From the IMG/VR virus record IMGVR_UViG_3300045988_161557: 63,703 nt of DNA. One strand, 5' to 3'. The notes under the pieces were generated by a model. That model had not been told where the DNA came from. It was given only the letters and a program-made list of their open reading frames with translations, and did not search any database. The stretch is from a virus. The number at the start of each line of letters is the position of its first letter. The first letter of the stretch is position 1. The position numbers and the translations under genes are program-made. Positions 18,004 through 25,811 of this stretch are shown here, piece after piece.

Positions 18004-19365
18004 CTATCTGTACGTCTGTACCAAGCGCTTGAGTGCGCCCATGAGCGCGTTCTGCTCGTTGGCCTTGCTCTGTATGGCCTGCCAGGCTCTCTCATCCACG
18101 GTGTCGGAACACAGCAGATGATAGACTTGCACGGGGTACTTCTGTCCTTGCCTGTGCAGTCTCGCGCAGGCCTGCTGGTACAACTCAAGGTTGAACCCCA
18201 CACCGAACCACACGATGACGTGTCCTCCTGCCTGCATGTTAAGTCCGTAGGCGCATGAGGCTGGATGGGCAAGCAGCACCTCCACCTCTCCCTTGTTCCA
18301 TGCGCGCAAGTCCTGCTCGTTCTCGTAGGCTCTCAGCTTGTAGTCCTTGCCTAGCGCGTCCTTGATACGTGCAAGGTCGTGCTTGTACTGGTAGAAGACG
18401 AGCACAGGAGACCCTGCGGCCTCTACTATCTCTCTGAGGGCTTCTATCTTCTCCTGATGTATCTCCTCCACCATGTGCTCGTCTGTATAGACAGCGCCGT
18501 TGGCATACTGAAGCAGCTTACCCATGAGGGCGGCGGCACTCGCGGCGGTGATAGCCTCTGTGTCGCTTATGCTCATTACCATCTCGCGCTCGAACTTGCG
18601 GTAGCGGCTCAGTATGCTGGCGGGCAGATGCACTCTCCTCACGATGTCCTGCCTCTCTGGCAGGGTCAGATAGTCTCCTGCCTGCATGGTGAGGCAGATG
18701 TCGGACAGCAGCGCGTCTATCTGCTCCTTGGATCCTTCCTTCAGCGTTGCTCTAAGCAGATAGCCTTGCGGGCTTGTGGTCACGTTGAAGTAGTTGCTCC
18801 TGTAGCGTGTCACGAACTTGCCCAGGCGCTGGCCTCCGTCTATGCAGAAAACCTCTGCCCAGAGGTCAAGGTAGCCGTTAGGGGCTGGCGTTCCTGTGAG
18901 CCCTATGATATGGCTGAACTGGCTACGCACAAGCCGCATCGCCTTGAAGCGCTGGCTGGTGTTGCTCTTGAAGCTTGTCAACTCGTCTATGATGAGCATG
19001 TCAAACGGCATGCTGGCGTTGTAGTACTTTACCAGCCACACCCAGGAGTCGCGGCCGAGCACGTAGAGGTCGGCATCCTGCTCCAGAGCCTTCACGCGCT
19101 GCTTCTCTGTGCCTATGACGCGGCTCACGCGCAGACCCGACAGATGCTCCCATTTCTCTACCTCGTCTGACCATGTGGATTCCGCCACCTTACGTGGGGC
19201 GATGACAAGCGCCTTGCTGACCTCCATGTCTGCGAGCATCCTGCCCAAGGCGGTGAGCGTTATAAGGCTCTTGCCCAAGCCCATCTCAAGCAGAAGCGCG
19301 CAGCGCGGCGTGTCTTCCACAAACCGAACCGCGCGCTTCTGGTAATCATGCAGGACTGCTTTCAT
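18004..19365 (-). CDS. SNF2-family helicase
   Basis: Motif I LEMGLGKS, motif II LIIDELTSF, motif III LTGTPAPNG, motif VI QACARLHRQGQ. Confidence 0.9.
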   Translation of the reverse strand: MKAVLHDYQKRAVRFVEDTPRCALLLEMGLGKSLITLTALGRMLADMEVSKALVIAPRKVAESTWSDEVEKWEHLSGLRVSRVIGTEKQRVKALEQDADLYVLGRDSWVWLVKYYNASMPFDMLIIDELTSFKSNTSQRFKAMRLVRSQFSHIIGLTGTPAPNGYLDLWAEVFCIDGGQRLGKFVTRYRSNYFNVTTSPQGYLLRATLKEGSKEQIDALLSDICLTMQAGDYLTLPERQDIVRRVHLPASILSRYRKFEREMVMSISDTEAITAASAAALMGKLLQYANGAVYTDEHMVEEIHQEKIEALREIVEAAGSPVLVFYQYKHDLARIKDALGKDYKLRAYENEQDLRAWNKGEVEVLLAHPASCAYGLNMQAGGHVIVWFGVGFNLELYQQACARLHRQGQKYPVQVYHLLCSDTVDERAWQAIQSKANEQNALMGALKRLVQTYR

Positions 19366-19577
19366 CTCTCCGTCAACTTAGCGTTGAAGAGGATGCTGCG
19401 TGAGGCTTCCATCAGCTCGTCACGCTTGCGGAAGTAGTCTCGCGCGTTAGCGCGTACCTCTTCCTTACTCGCTCCAGAGCGTATGCTGCCCGTGTAGCAC
19501 AGATGAGCGTCTATCATATCCATGGCCATCTTGGCAAGCTCTTCCCTACTCTTCAGATTGTTCTCCTGATACTCCAT
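19362..19577 (-). CDS. Hypothetical small protein
   Basis: 71-aa ORF with a 4-nt overlap with the SNF2 start; co-directional operon. Confidence 0.55.
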   Translation of the reverse strand: MEYQENNLKSREELAKMAMDMIDAHLCYTGSIRSGASKEEVRANARDYFRKRDELMEASRSILFNAKLTER

Positions 19578-20031
19578 ATTTATTAACTTTTTGTTTATGT
19601 TTTCGTTTTCTCAGACTTTCGCGTAGATGGGCAACTCGCTTTTCTTCTATTTCCTTGCTGAGCACTCTGCCCTTCTTGTAGCCGTGTGTCGGCGCATGCC
19701 CACTCTTATAACAGCCAGGGTTGAGTCCCCTCCTCGTGCAACTGTAAGCTATCCTCCTACACTCCTCTCTGTTCTTTGCCAGCCATTGCGGGTTCTTCTT
19801 TATGCCCAGTTCCTTGGCCTTGCGCTCCAGCGTGCGCTTACACATCTGTAGCATGCCAGCCAGTTCCTCGCTGTGCATGATGGGGAACCTAGCTCTCAGT
19901 TCCCGCAACATGTTCTCTGTCCACAGCAGGCGCTTGGACTTGCCGTTGTGCTCCCAGCATCGGCCTGTGGCGAAGTCGTAGAAGATGCCGTCTTCCTTCT
20001 TCCTATTCTTTCCCATCTTCTTCCTCCCCAT
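19546..20031 (-). CDS. Hypothetical basic protein with a probable helix-turn-helix
   Basis: 161 aa. HSEELAGMLQMCKRTLERKAKELGIKK looks like an HTH; Lys/Arg-rich ends. Confidence 0.55.
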   Translation of the reverse strand: MGRKKMGKNRKKEDGIFYDFATGRCWEHNGKSKRLLWTENMLRELRARFPIMHSEELAGMLQMCKRTLERKAKELGIKKNPQWLAKNREECRRIAYSCTRRGLNPGCYKSGHAPTHGYKKGRVLSKEIEEKRVAHLRESLRKRKHKQKVNKYGVSGEQSEE

Positions 20032-20209
20032 CGTTAGGCTTGCAACAATCTGGGCAGTACCAGTACTCTCCTTGCTTCTCCCAGCCCGACTCGCGTGCTA
20101 CGAACTCAGCCGACTCCATATCTGTCCAGCCTGTTATGATGTCACCTTCTGTGAGTCGTGTCCCGCAGCAATCGCAGAACACGGCAAACATCTTTTCTTC
20201 TTTAATCAT
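20003..20209 (-). CDS. Small zinc-ribbon protein
   Basis: 68 aa with CDCCG ... CPDCC (two CxxC-type pairs) and an acidic tail. Confidence 0.55.
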   Translation of the reverse strand: MIKEEKMFAVFCDCCGTRLTEGDIITGWTDMESAEFVARESGWEKQGEYWYCPDCCKPNDGEEEDGKE

Positions 20210-21662
20210 ATTCTATAATTATATGCGGTGTGGTGTTGCCCAGTCCGTCGCGAGGGTCGGAAATTCCGTGCCCGACCTTCGATGTCACGGCATTAGCTAT
20301 CTGCTTGCGCGGTCGCCCCTTTATGCGCCCTTTGCTGTCTCTCGCCCAGCCGATATAGTACTGCTTGTTATTCATATTCTTCCTCTCCATATTCTCCTTA
20401 AACAACCGCGCAAACTCATCGCCTAACGCTGCCACTCCCTTAGCCGTGAACACGGAATAAGACAGATCCATTTTCTGCCGTGCCGAATTAAGTGCGTGCT
20501 GAAGACTTATAGGTGTCATGTTCCAACCATCGGCTGCTTGCATCCACAGAGTGAGCCACGTCTTGAGAAACATTGCCGCCTCGTGTGTCGGTGGCAAATC
20601 GAACTGCACGAACAGGGCATTGTCTGAGTCGTTTGCCTTGAGAAACTTGCTCACGGCATCGTCCTTGAGGAAGTACCGTTCTTCCACCTCGTCCAACAGC
20701 ACATCCTCCAATCGCTTGTCTAAGGCGATAGGCTCGGGAAACTGGAAGTCAAAGGCCACATCGCTCCGCATGGACAGACAGAACACCCTGTCTCTGTTCT
20801 GTGGCACACCGTAGTCCTTTGCGTTGAGTCGCTGCCACCTCGATACGTAGCCAAGTCGCTCCAACTTATCGAGCCACGCCTGGAAGTCGGGAAGGAAGTT
20901 CTTGTTTACCAGCGCCGCCACGTTCTCCTGCAAGAGGAACTTAGGGCGCAGAACTTCCACCGCGTCTGCTACATGCCACAGCAGGGAAGAGGGCGTACCG
21001 CTGCCCTCCTTCATGCCCATCTGCTTGCCCGCGTTGCTGAGGTTTTGGCAAGGCGAGGAGTAGGTAAGCAGGTCAACCTCCTTGCCGCCCAACGACTCCT
21101 TCACCTTATGCCAGTCTATCTTTGTGATGTCTCCGAGTGCCTTGTCAGCATACTGCGGGAATACGAGGTTGTGCATAAGGCATGCGTTCTTGTCTATCTC
21201 GCTCCACCCTGTGCATGCCCATCGGAAATCGGGATGCCAATCCTTCAGCACATCAGCGGCCATCAGCTGTGAGTCATACCCGCTGAACGTAGTGCATATC
21301 ACCTTCTCGTCATCGCTGTGGTCTGGCATTGCAGGCAACTCATCGTCTGGGAAGAGGCTCATCTGTCCGATTGGTTCGCGATGTTTAGGGTACCACAGCT
21401 GCTCGTAGATATAGGCAAGCACATCAAGGACAATGCTGTTTGCTGCCTGTCGGTACTGCTGTGCTGCTGACACCGCCATCTCGTCCTTCTTGCCCTTTGG
21501 TTTGAAGCCCGCTATACGCTTCTCTGCCTGTGCGTTCGTGCTCTGCATCGTGCGTATCACATCATCGCGCACGCCCATCAGACGAAAACACTCAAAGGGC
21601 GTAAGCTTGCGCATCGCGCAGGACTTAATGCTTCGGTCACTGTAGTTCAGTTTTGTTATCAT
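20202..21662 (-). CDS. DNA (cytosine-5) methyltransferase with circularly permuted motif order
   Basis: N-terminus carries motif IX (RKLTPFECFRLMGVRD) and motif X (QAANSIVLDVL). Then follow motif I (TTFSGYDS), II (WSEIDKNA), IV (SSPCQNLSNAG), VI (LQENV) and VIII (PQNRDRVF), with a TRD-like C-terminus. Confidence 0.85.
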   Translation of the reverse strand: MITKLNYSDRSIKSCAMRKLTPFECFRLMGVRDDVIRTMQSTNAQAEKRIAGFKPKGKKDEMAVSAAQQYRQAANSIVLDVLAYIYEQLWYPKHREPIGQMSLFPDDELPAMPDHSDDEKVICTTFSGYDSQLMAADVLKDWHPDFRWACTGWSEIDKNACLMHNLVFPQYADKALGDITKIDWHKVKESLGGKEVDLLTYSSPCQNLSNAGKQMGMKEGSGTPSSLLWHVADAVEVLRPKFLLQENVAALVNKNFLPDFQAWLDKLERLGYVSRWQRLNAKDYGVPQNRDRVFCLSMRSDVAFDFQFPEPIALDKRLEDVLLDEVEERYFLKDDAVSKFLKANDSDNALFVQFDLPPTHEAAMFLKTWLTLWMQAADGWNMTPISLQHALNSARQKMDLSYSVFTAKGVAALGDEFARLFKENMERKNMNNKQYYIGWARDSKGRIKGRPRKQIANAVTSKVGHGISDPRDGLGNTTPHIIIEYD

Positions 21663-22356
21663 TGCATTTTAGCATCTTCTTTACCCGCTGCCACAAAGAC
21701 GGCTTGCTGTATCTCTTAATCTGCTCTACATACTTGACTACCCGCTCATATTCTCTCCCGCTCACCTTGCTGTCCTTGTAGGCTTTAGCAATTAGCTCCT
21801 TACCCGTGCCATAGAAGCATCCAACGCACCACATGTCATTGCTGCGTGTCCAGGTAAAGTACCTACCCGATGACCACCAGTTCTTGAAAACGATATAGTC
21901 GTATTTGGATTCTATCACCGCGTTACCGCAAATTACGATACGTCCGCTTAGAAATAACGGATAGCCATTGTTACTGATGCTATATTTGATAACAGCGGAA
22001 TCGCGAATTTTAGCAAAACCGCCTATCCACGCATCGCCCTTTACAATGTCAGAATCCGAAACACTGGCTACGTCGGTAATGATTGCGCCATTGCTTATGC
22101 AAGCGTTATCCTTAACGAGCGCAATGCCGCTAACACTTGCGTCCCCATAAACCTTCGCATTGCCACCTACCCAAGCGTCACCGCAGAGGTTTTCGTATTC
22201 CTCAACAAAACCGCCCAGAGTTCCTTTCGTTGTACCCCGAAAATCCTCTGTACATCTTATGCGGTGCAGTGTATGGCCGTCAAACTCAATGGTCTCATCG
22301 GTCAACTCATAATGCCTATTTTCTTTCATGTCTTTATTCTGTTTATAGTTCTTCAC
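21637..22356 (-). CDS. Left-handed beta-helix (hexapeptide-like repeat) protein, paralog A
   Basis: 239 aa. Repeats GDAWVGGNAKVYGDASVSGIALVKDNACISNGAIITDVASV. N- and C-terminal blocks are shared with the 22353-23327 product (HRIRCTEDF..GGFVE; WTRSNDMW..VKYVEQIK). Confidence 0.7.
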   Translation of the reverse strand: MKNYKQNKDMKENRHYELTDETIEFDGHTLHRIRCTEDFRGTTKGTLGGFVEEYENLCGDAWVGGNAKVYGDASVSGIALVKDNACISNGAIITDVASVSDSDIVKGDAWIGGFAKIRDSAVIKYSISNNGYPLFLSGRIVICGNAVIESKYDYIVFKNWWSSGRYFTWTRSNDMWCVGCFYGTGKELIAKAYKDSKVSGREYERVVKYVEQIKRYSKPSLWQRVKKMLKCNDNKTELQ

Positions 22357-23327
22357 CAGCTTTTCGCCTCGTTTTTACATCGGCCAAGCTCCTTAATACT
22401 TTCTACATACTTCACAAGCAACTCTCGGTTCTTGCCGTGTAGTTCTCCCTTCTCGTAGCCCTTCTTAATGAACTCCTCTGCGGGGCATGGACTGTTTATG
22501 CCAAGACCGTCGCAATGCCACATGTCGTTGCTGCGTGTCCAAACAATCTCATACCCCTCATGGAGCCAATCGGTGAACACCACATAGTCCCTGCTACTTA
22601 TCACCTTCGCATCCCCGCATATACGGAAGGTTCCCTTTATAGGGATAAACACCTTTTTAGGCCCTGGAAGCCCCTCGCATCTGACCTCTGCTTCGTCTGT
22701 GACGTAGAGAGCGCCCATAGAATATGTCATACCACCTACAACGGCATACCCGTCCACCATTGTATTGCCCATAAGCCAGGCGTGGTCACATACCAAAGCA
22801 CAGCCACCCACATGAGCACACTCCCCTAACTTGGCATGGTCACAGACACGTGCGTCCATGCCTACGCAGGCATATTCTGCCACCCTTGCATGGCCTTCTA
22901 TCCTTGCGTTGTCTGTTATCTCCGCGTGGTCTTTAACGACAGCGTGGTCTGTGACAACGCAGTTACCCTTGACCTCGGTGCAGTCGCCAACACCCGCGTT
23001 ACCGCTTACCTCTGCATCCATGACGAAAGCATGGTCGCCTACATATGCGTTACCGCTTATCGTGGCCGTTCCGCAGACCTTTGCAAAGCCAAATACCATC
23101 GCAGTCTCCTTGATTATTGCGGATCCTTTTACCGTTGCATACTCACATACCACCGCTTCATCCTCCACCCAGGCCTGTTCGCTTAGGTTCTTGTAGTCCT
23201 CTACCCAACCACCGACATCCCCTGCCTTGTAATCGCGGAAGTCCTTTGTGCATCTGATACGGTGTACTACGCGGTTATAAAACTTCTTGGTTTCACCCGT
23301 AAACTCGTAATATCTCTCTTCTTCCAT
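22353..23327 (-). CDS. Left-handed beta-helix (hexapeptide-like repeat) protein, paralog B
   Basis: 324 aa with a longer repeat core (GNAYVGDHAFVMDAEVSGNAGVGDCTEVKGNCVVTDHAVVKDHAEITDNARIEGHARV). Same N- and C-terminal blocks as paralog A. N-terminal block resembles the YdcK-type LbH family (from memory, unverified). Confidence 0.7.
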   Translation of the reverse strand: MEEERYYEFTGETKKFYNRVVHRIRCTKDFRDYKAGDVGGWVEDYKNLSEQAWVEDEAVVCEYATVKGSAIIKETAMVFGFAKVCGTATISGNAYVGDHAFVMDAEVSGNAGVGDCTEVKGNCVVTDHAVVKDHAEITDNARIEGHARVAEYACVGMDARVCDHAKLGECAHVGGCALVCDHAWLMGNTMVDGYAVVGGMTYSMGALYVTDEAEVRCEGLPGPKKVFIPIKGTFRICGDAKVISSRDYVVFTDWLHEGYEIVWTRSNDMWHCDGLGINSPCPAEEFIKKGYEKGELHGKNRELLVKYVESIKELGRCKNEAKSW

Positions 23328-23340
23328 ATCTCAATTCTGT

Positions 23341-23769
23341 TTAGTCGTTAATTTTCTCTTTCTCACTCTTGATAATCTCAAGCCGCATCTCAAGGATTCT
23401 GACGTATGCACGCAGCATATCGTGCTGTAGTCTCCACAAGTTCTCCTCATTCGGCTTTGGAACGGGCTCATCGAAAAGCATCCATGACTGGATACGACGC
23501 TGGACTTCTTCAATCTCTACGCGCAGTCTGTCTGCCGAGCTATTGAATTGCGTGTAGCAGCGGTTGAACGTGTCTTCATCCACCCAGTACTCAAGAACTC
23601 TCCCGTTTGGGATAGGCTGTGTTATCTTGTAGCCGGCTTTGAGTACATGCCCGTCTTCTGACTTTGGATGTATGCCTGCCGCAATAGCCTCGTACTCCGT
23701 CATAGGGTGCGCCCATACCTCTCTGGGTCCAATATACTTATTCATTCTCTGTCTGTTTTTAGTTGTCAC
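23341..23769 (-). CDS. Hypothetical protein sharing its N-terminal domain with the DUF2829 fusion protein
   Basis: 142 aa. KYIGPREVWAHPMTEYEA...GYKI...EYWVDEDTFNRCY parallels KYVGTKTVKAEPMNELAA...GYHV...DSWSPKSVFEKTY of 24778-25485. C-terminal coiled coil. Confidence 0.65.
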   Translation of the reverse strand: MTTKNRQRMNKYIGPREVWAHPMTEYEAIAAGIHPKSEDGHVLKAGYKITQPIPNGRVLEYWVDEDTFNRCYTQFNSSADRLRVEIEEVQRRIQSWMLFDEPVPKPNEENLWRLQHDMLRAYVRILEMRLEIIKSEKEKIND

Positions 23770-23786
23770 TCCACCCAGTTCGCGTC

Positions 23787-24257
23787 TCAGTACTTCTTTC
23801 CGTTAAGCCGTGGCCGTTGCTCGTTGTATGCCATCTTCTCGTGAATGTGCCACTCGATGTCTATACCGTTGCGCTCGGCATAGGCAAGCAGCATGTTTAG
23901 AGCCTTTTGGCAGCCGTAGTATATCTCTCTGTGCGGAGCCATCAGAGCCTCTGTTACTCGGAAGCAGAACTCACACAACGGCTTGTCAAGGTCGGAAGTA
24001 AACGTATTGTCACGAATGAAGGAAATCTGGTAGTAGCCAATCATGTCCATGAGGCGTATGCAGGCATCGGCCAGCTCGCCCTCCACGGTGTCCTTAATGC
24101 ACTCATTGAATGCCGTCTTGCGTCTCTTGATACGGTCTTCGTGGGTTATTATATATTCATTCACGAAGGCACGCCATACCTTATATCCCTCCGTATCGGC
24201 GTGTCTGCCATACCTGTCCGCGTTTATCGCCTCGCTGAGCTCGGTGATGACAAGCAT
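23787..24257 (-). CDS. MazG-like all-alpha NTP pyrophosphohydrolase (possibly 5'-truncated or frameshifted)
   Basis: LVITELSEAINADR, GELADACIRLMDMIGY and a C-terminal KMAYNEQRPRLNGKKY resemble MazG/dimeric dUTPase-like families. The upstream frame stays open (see finding). Confidence 0.55.
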   Translation of the reverse strand: MLVITELSEAINADRYGRHADTEGYKVWRAFVNEYIITHEDRIKRRKTAFNECIKDTVEGELADACIRLMDMIGYYQISFIRDNTFTSDLDKPLCEFCFRVTEALMAPHREIYYGCQKALNMLLAYAERNGIDIEWHIHEKMAYNEQRPRLNGKKY

Positions 24258-24355
24258 GGCCAGATGCTCGTAGTTTGGGCTGTCTTGTGCACGAGGCTTA
24301 TCACCTCGTCCCAGTTAAATTCCTTGTTGTCCATATCGTCTCATTACGGTGTCTG

Positions 24356-24544
24356 TCACTCCATCCAATTCGCATCTCTGTACTTCGAGCGTGTGCGCGC
24401 TGTGCTGAAGCCTTGCCTCACGTATGCCTTGCATCCCTCGCTCTGACTGCTCATCGTGCATGGACGGTCGTAATACTCTCTGTTAAGCGCCTCGTTGGTG
24501 TACTCGTCATCCGTCGCAGGGCGCAGCTCTCTACTTCTTGCCAT
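24356..24544 (-). CDS. Hypothetical small protein
   Basis: Start taken at MARSREL (ATG 24544), overlapping the upstream stop region. No motif. Confidence 0.4.
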   Translation of the reverse strand: MARSRELRPATDDEYTNEALNREYYDRPCTMSSQSEGCKAYVRQGFSTARTRSKYRDANWME

Positions 24545-24755
24545 CGCTTTCTTTCCTCTCACTGAGAATACGCATCGCAGCGCGTGTCTCCTTCAGTTCC
24601 TTCTGGAGCCGCACAATCTCTTCCTCCTTGTCAGAGAGGTATGCTGTCCAGCGCGCGTTGGTCTCCTGTTCTCCCCTCGCGTAGCCGTAGTTGGCTCCTG
24701 CGACACCCGCTATAAGCGCCACAGCGATAAATGCAATACAAATTCCCATCGTCAT
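24531..24755 (-). CDS. Small single-pass membrane protein with a coiled-coil tail
   Basis: Start taken at MTMGICIAFIAVALIAGVAGANYG (ATG 24755). One TM helix followed by a charged helix. Confidence 0.55.
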   Translation of the reverse strand: MTMGICIAFIAVALIAGVAGANYGYARGEQETNARWTAYLSDKEEEIVRLQKELKETRAAMRILSERKESDGKK

Positions 24756-24777
24756 TTCTTTATTTTTAGAATCCTTA

Positions 24778-25485
24778 TTACTCTGTAACCAGTTCCCAGT
24801 CATCCGCAAATACATCGCTGGACGATGGAACCCATGAATCAGCGCGTCCGTCTTGGTTAATGATGAGCATCTGGTTTATGTATTTCAGGCATGGTTTCTG
24901 ACGCTTCATCAGGATGTCCTTCGCAATCTGGGGCAGCGACTGCATATTAGGAATGGTCTCGCTTGTGATATGCGCGGGAACCTGCTTAATAACAAACATA
25001 CCCTTGCCATTCCAGCCAGCTCTACGGATAGCGCCACCCGCTTTAAGAAACTTGATAGCTGTGCCGAAGTCATAGTTGTTGAGAGATTCCTTCCCATCAG
25101 ACATCCGTTCGAGTCTATCATTCAACAGATAGGAATACTCTCTCTCGGTTTCAACCTGTGCTGAAAGGAGTGCCTTCGTGGGGTATATGAGGACATAACC
25201 TTCGTTTGACAGAAACTCTATTCCCTTCGCAAAGCGTGTATTCAGTTCTTCAAGCTGAATCTTAATATGGTCAGCAGGAGCCTCAGCAACTCTATAGGTT
25301 TTCTCAAAGACAGACTTTGGAGACCAAGAGTCGTAGATGCTACCGTCTGGGTTGGTGTACTGCACATGATAGCCTTCACGCCACTCGTGGTTGTCCTTGT
25401 TCTTTCTGGCGTAACCTTTCTCTACTGCGGCCAATTCGTTCATAGGTTCGGCCTTTACCGTTTTTGTTCCTACATACTTTTTCAT
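24778..25485 (-). CDS. DUF2829 (Tad2-like) domain protein fused to an N-terminal phage domain
   Basis: C-terminal YDFGTAIKFLKAGGAIRRAGWNGKGMFV...DGRADSWVPSSSDVFADDWELV matches the DUF2829 pattern (F..A...lk.G..v.R.GWngkgm......W.ps..D.la.DWe.v). Confidence 0.75.
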   Translation of the reverse strand: MKKYVGTKTVKAEPMNELAAVEKGYARKNKDNHEWREGYHVQYTNPDGSIYDSWSPKSVFEKTYRVAEAPADHIKIQLEELNTRFAKGIEFLSNEGYVLIYPTKALLSAQVETEREYSYLLNDRLERMSDGKESLNNYDFGTAIKFLKAGGAIRRAGWNGKGMFVIKQVPAHITSETIPNMQSLPQIAKDILMKRQKPCLKYINQMLIINQDGRADSWVPSSSDVFADDWELVTE

Positions 25486-25502
25486 AACTTCTCTTATTTT
25501 AG

Positions 25503-25811
25503 TTAAACGCTATCTATCATTCCTTCTATCTCGTCTCTTGAACTCACTACATACACGGCCTGCCCAAGCTCTCTCAGCTGCTGGATCCTCGCTTGCTGTA
25601 CCGCCCTCGGCTTCTTGCCTCTGGACTTCAGCTCGCACCATGCTGTCCTTCCGCCTGGCAGGAGAAGCAGTCTGTCGGGGAAGCCTGTGCATGTCGGGTT
25701 GCTGTACTTGAGGGCGATGCCGCCGAGCATCTTCACCCGTTTCACCAGGTAGGCCTCCAACGCTTTCTCGCTCAGCAGAGCGTGGCCTGCTATCTCGTCT
25801 ATCCTTCTCAT
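25503..25811 (-). CDS. VRR-NUC domain nuclease
   Basis: GFPDRLLLLPGGRTAWCELKSRGKKPRAVQQARIQQLRELGQAVYVV (PD...E.K...Q signature). Confidence 0.8.
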   Translation of the reverse strand: MRRIDEIAGHALLSEKALEAYLVKRVKMLGGIALKYSNPTCTGFPDRLLLLPGGRTAWCELKSRGKKPRAVQQARIQQLRELGQAVYVVSSRDEIEGMIDSV

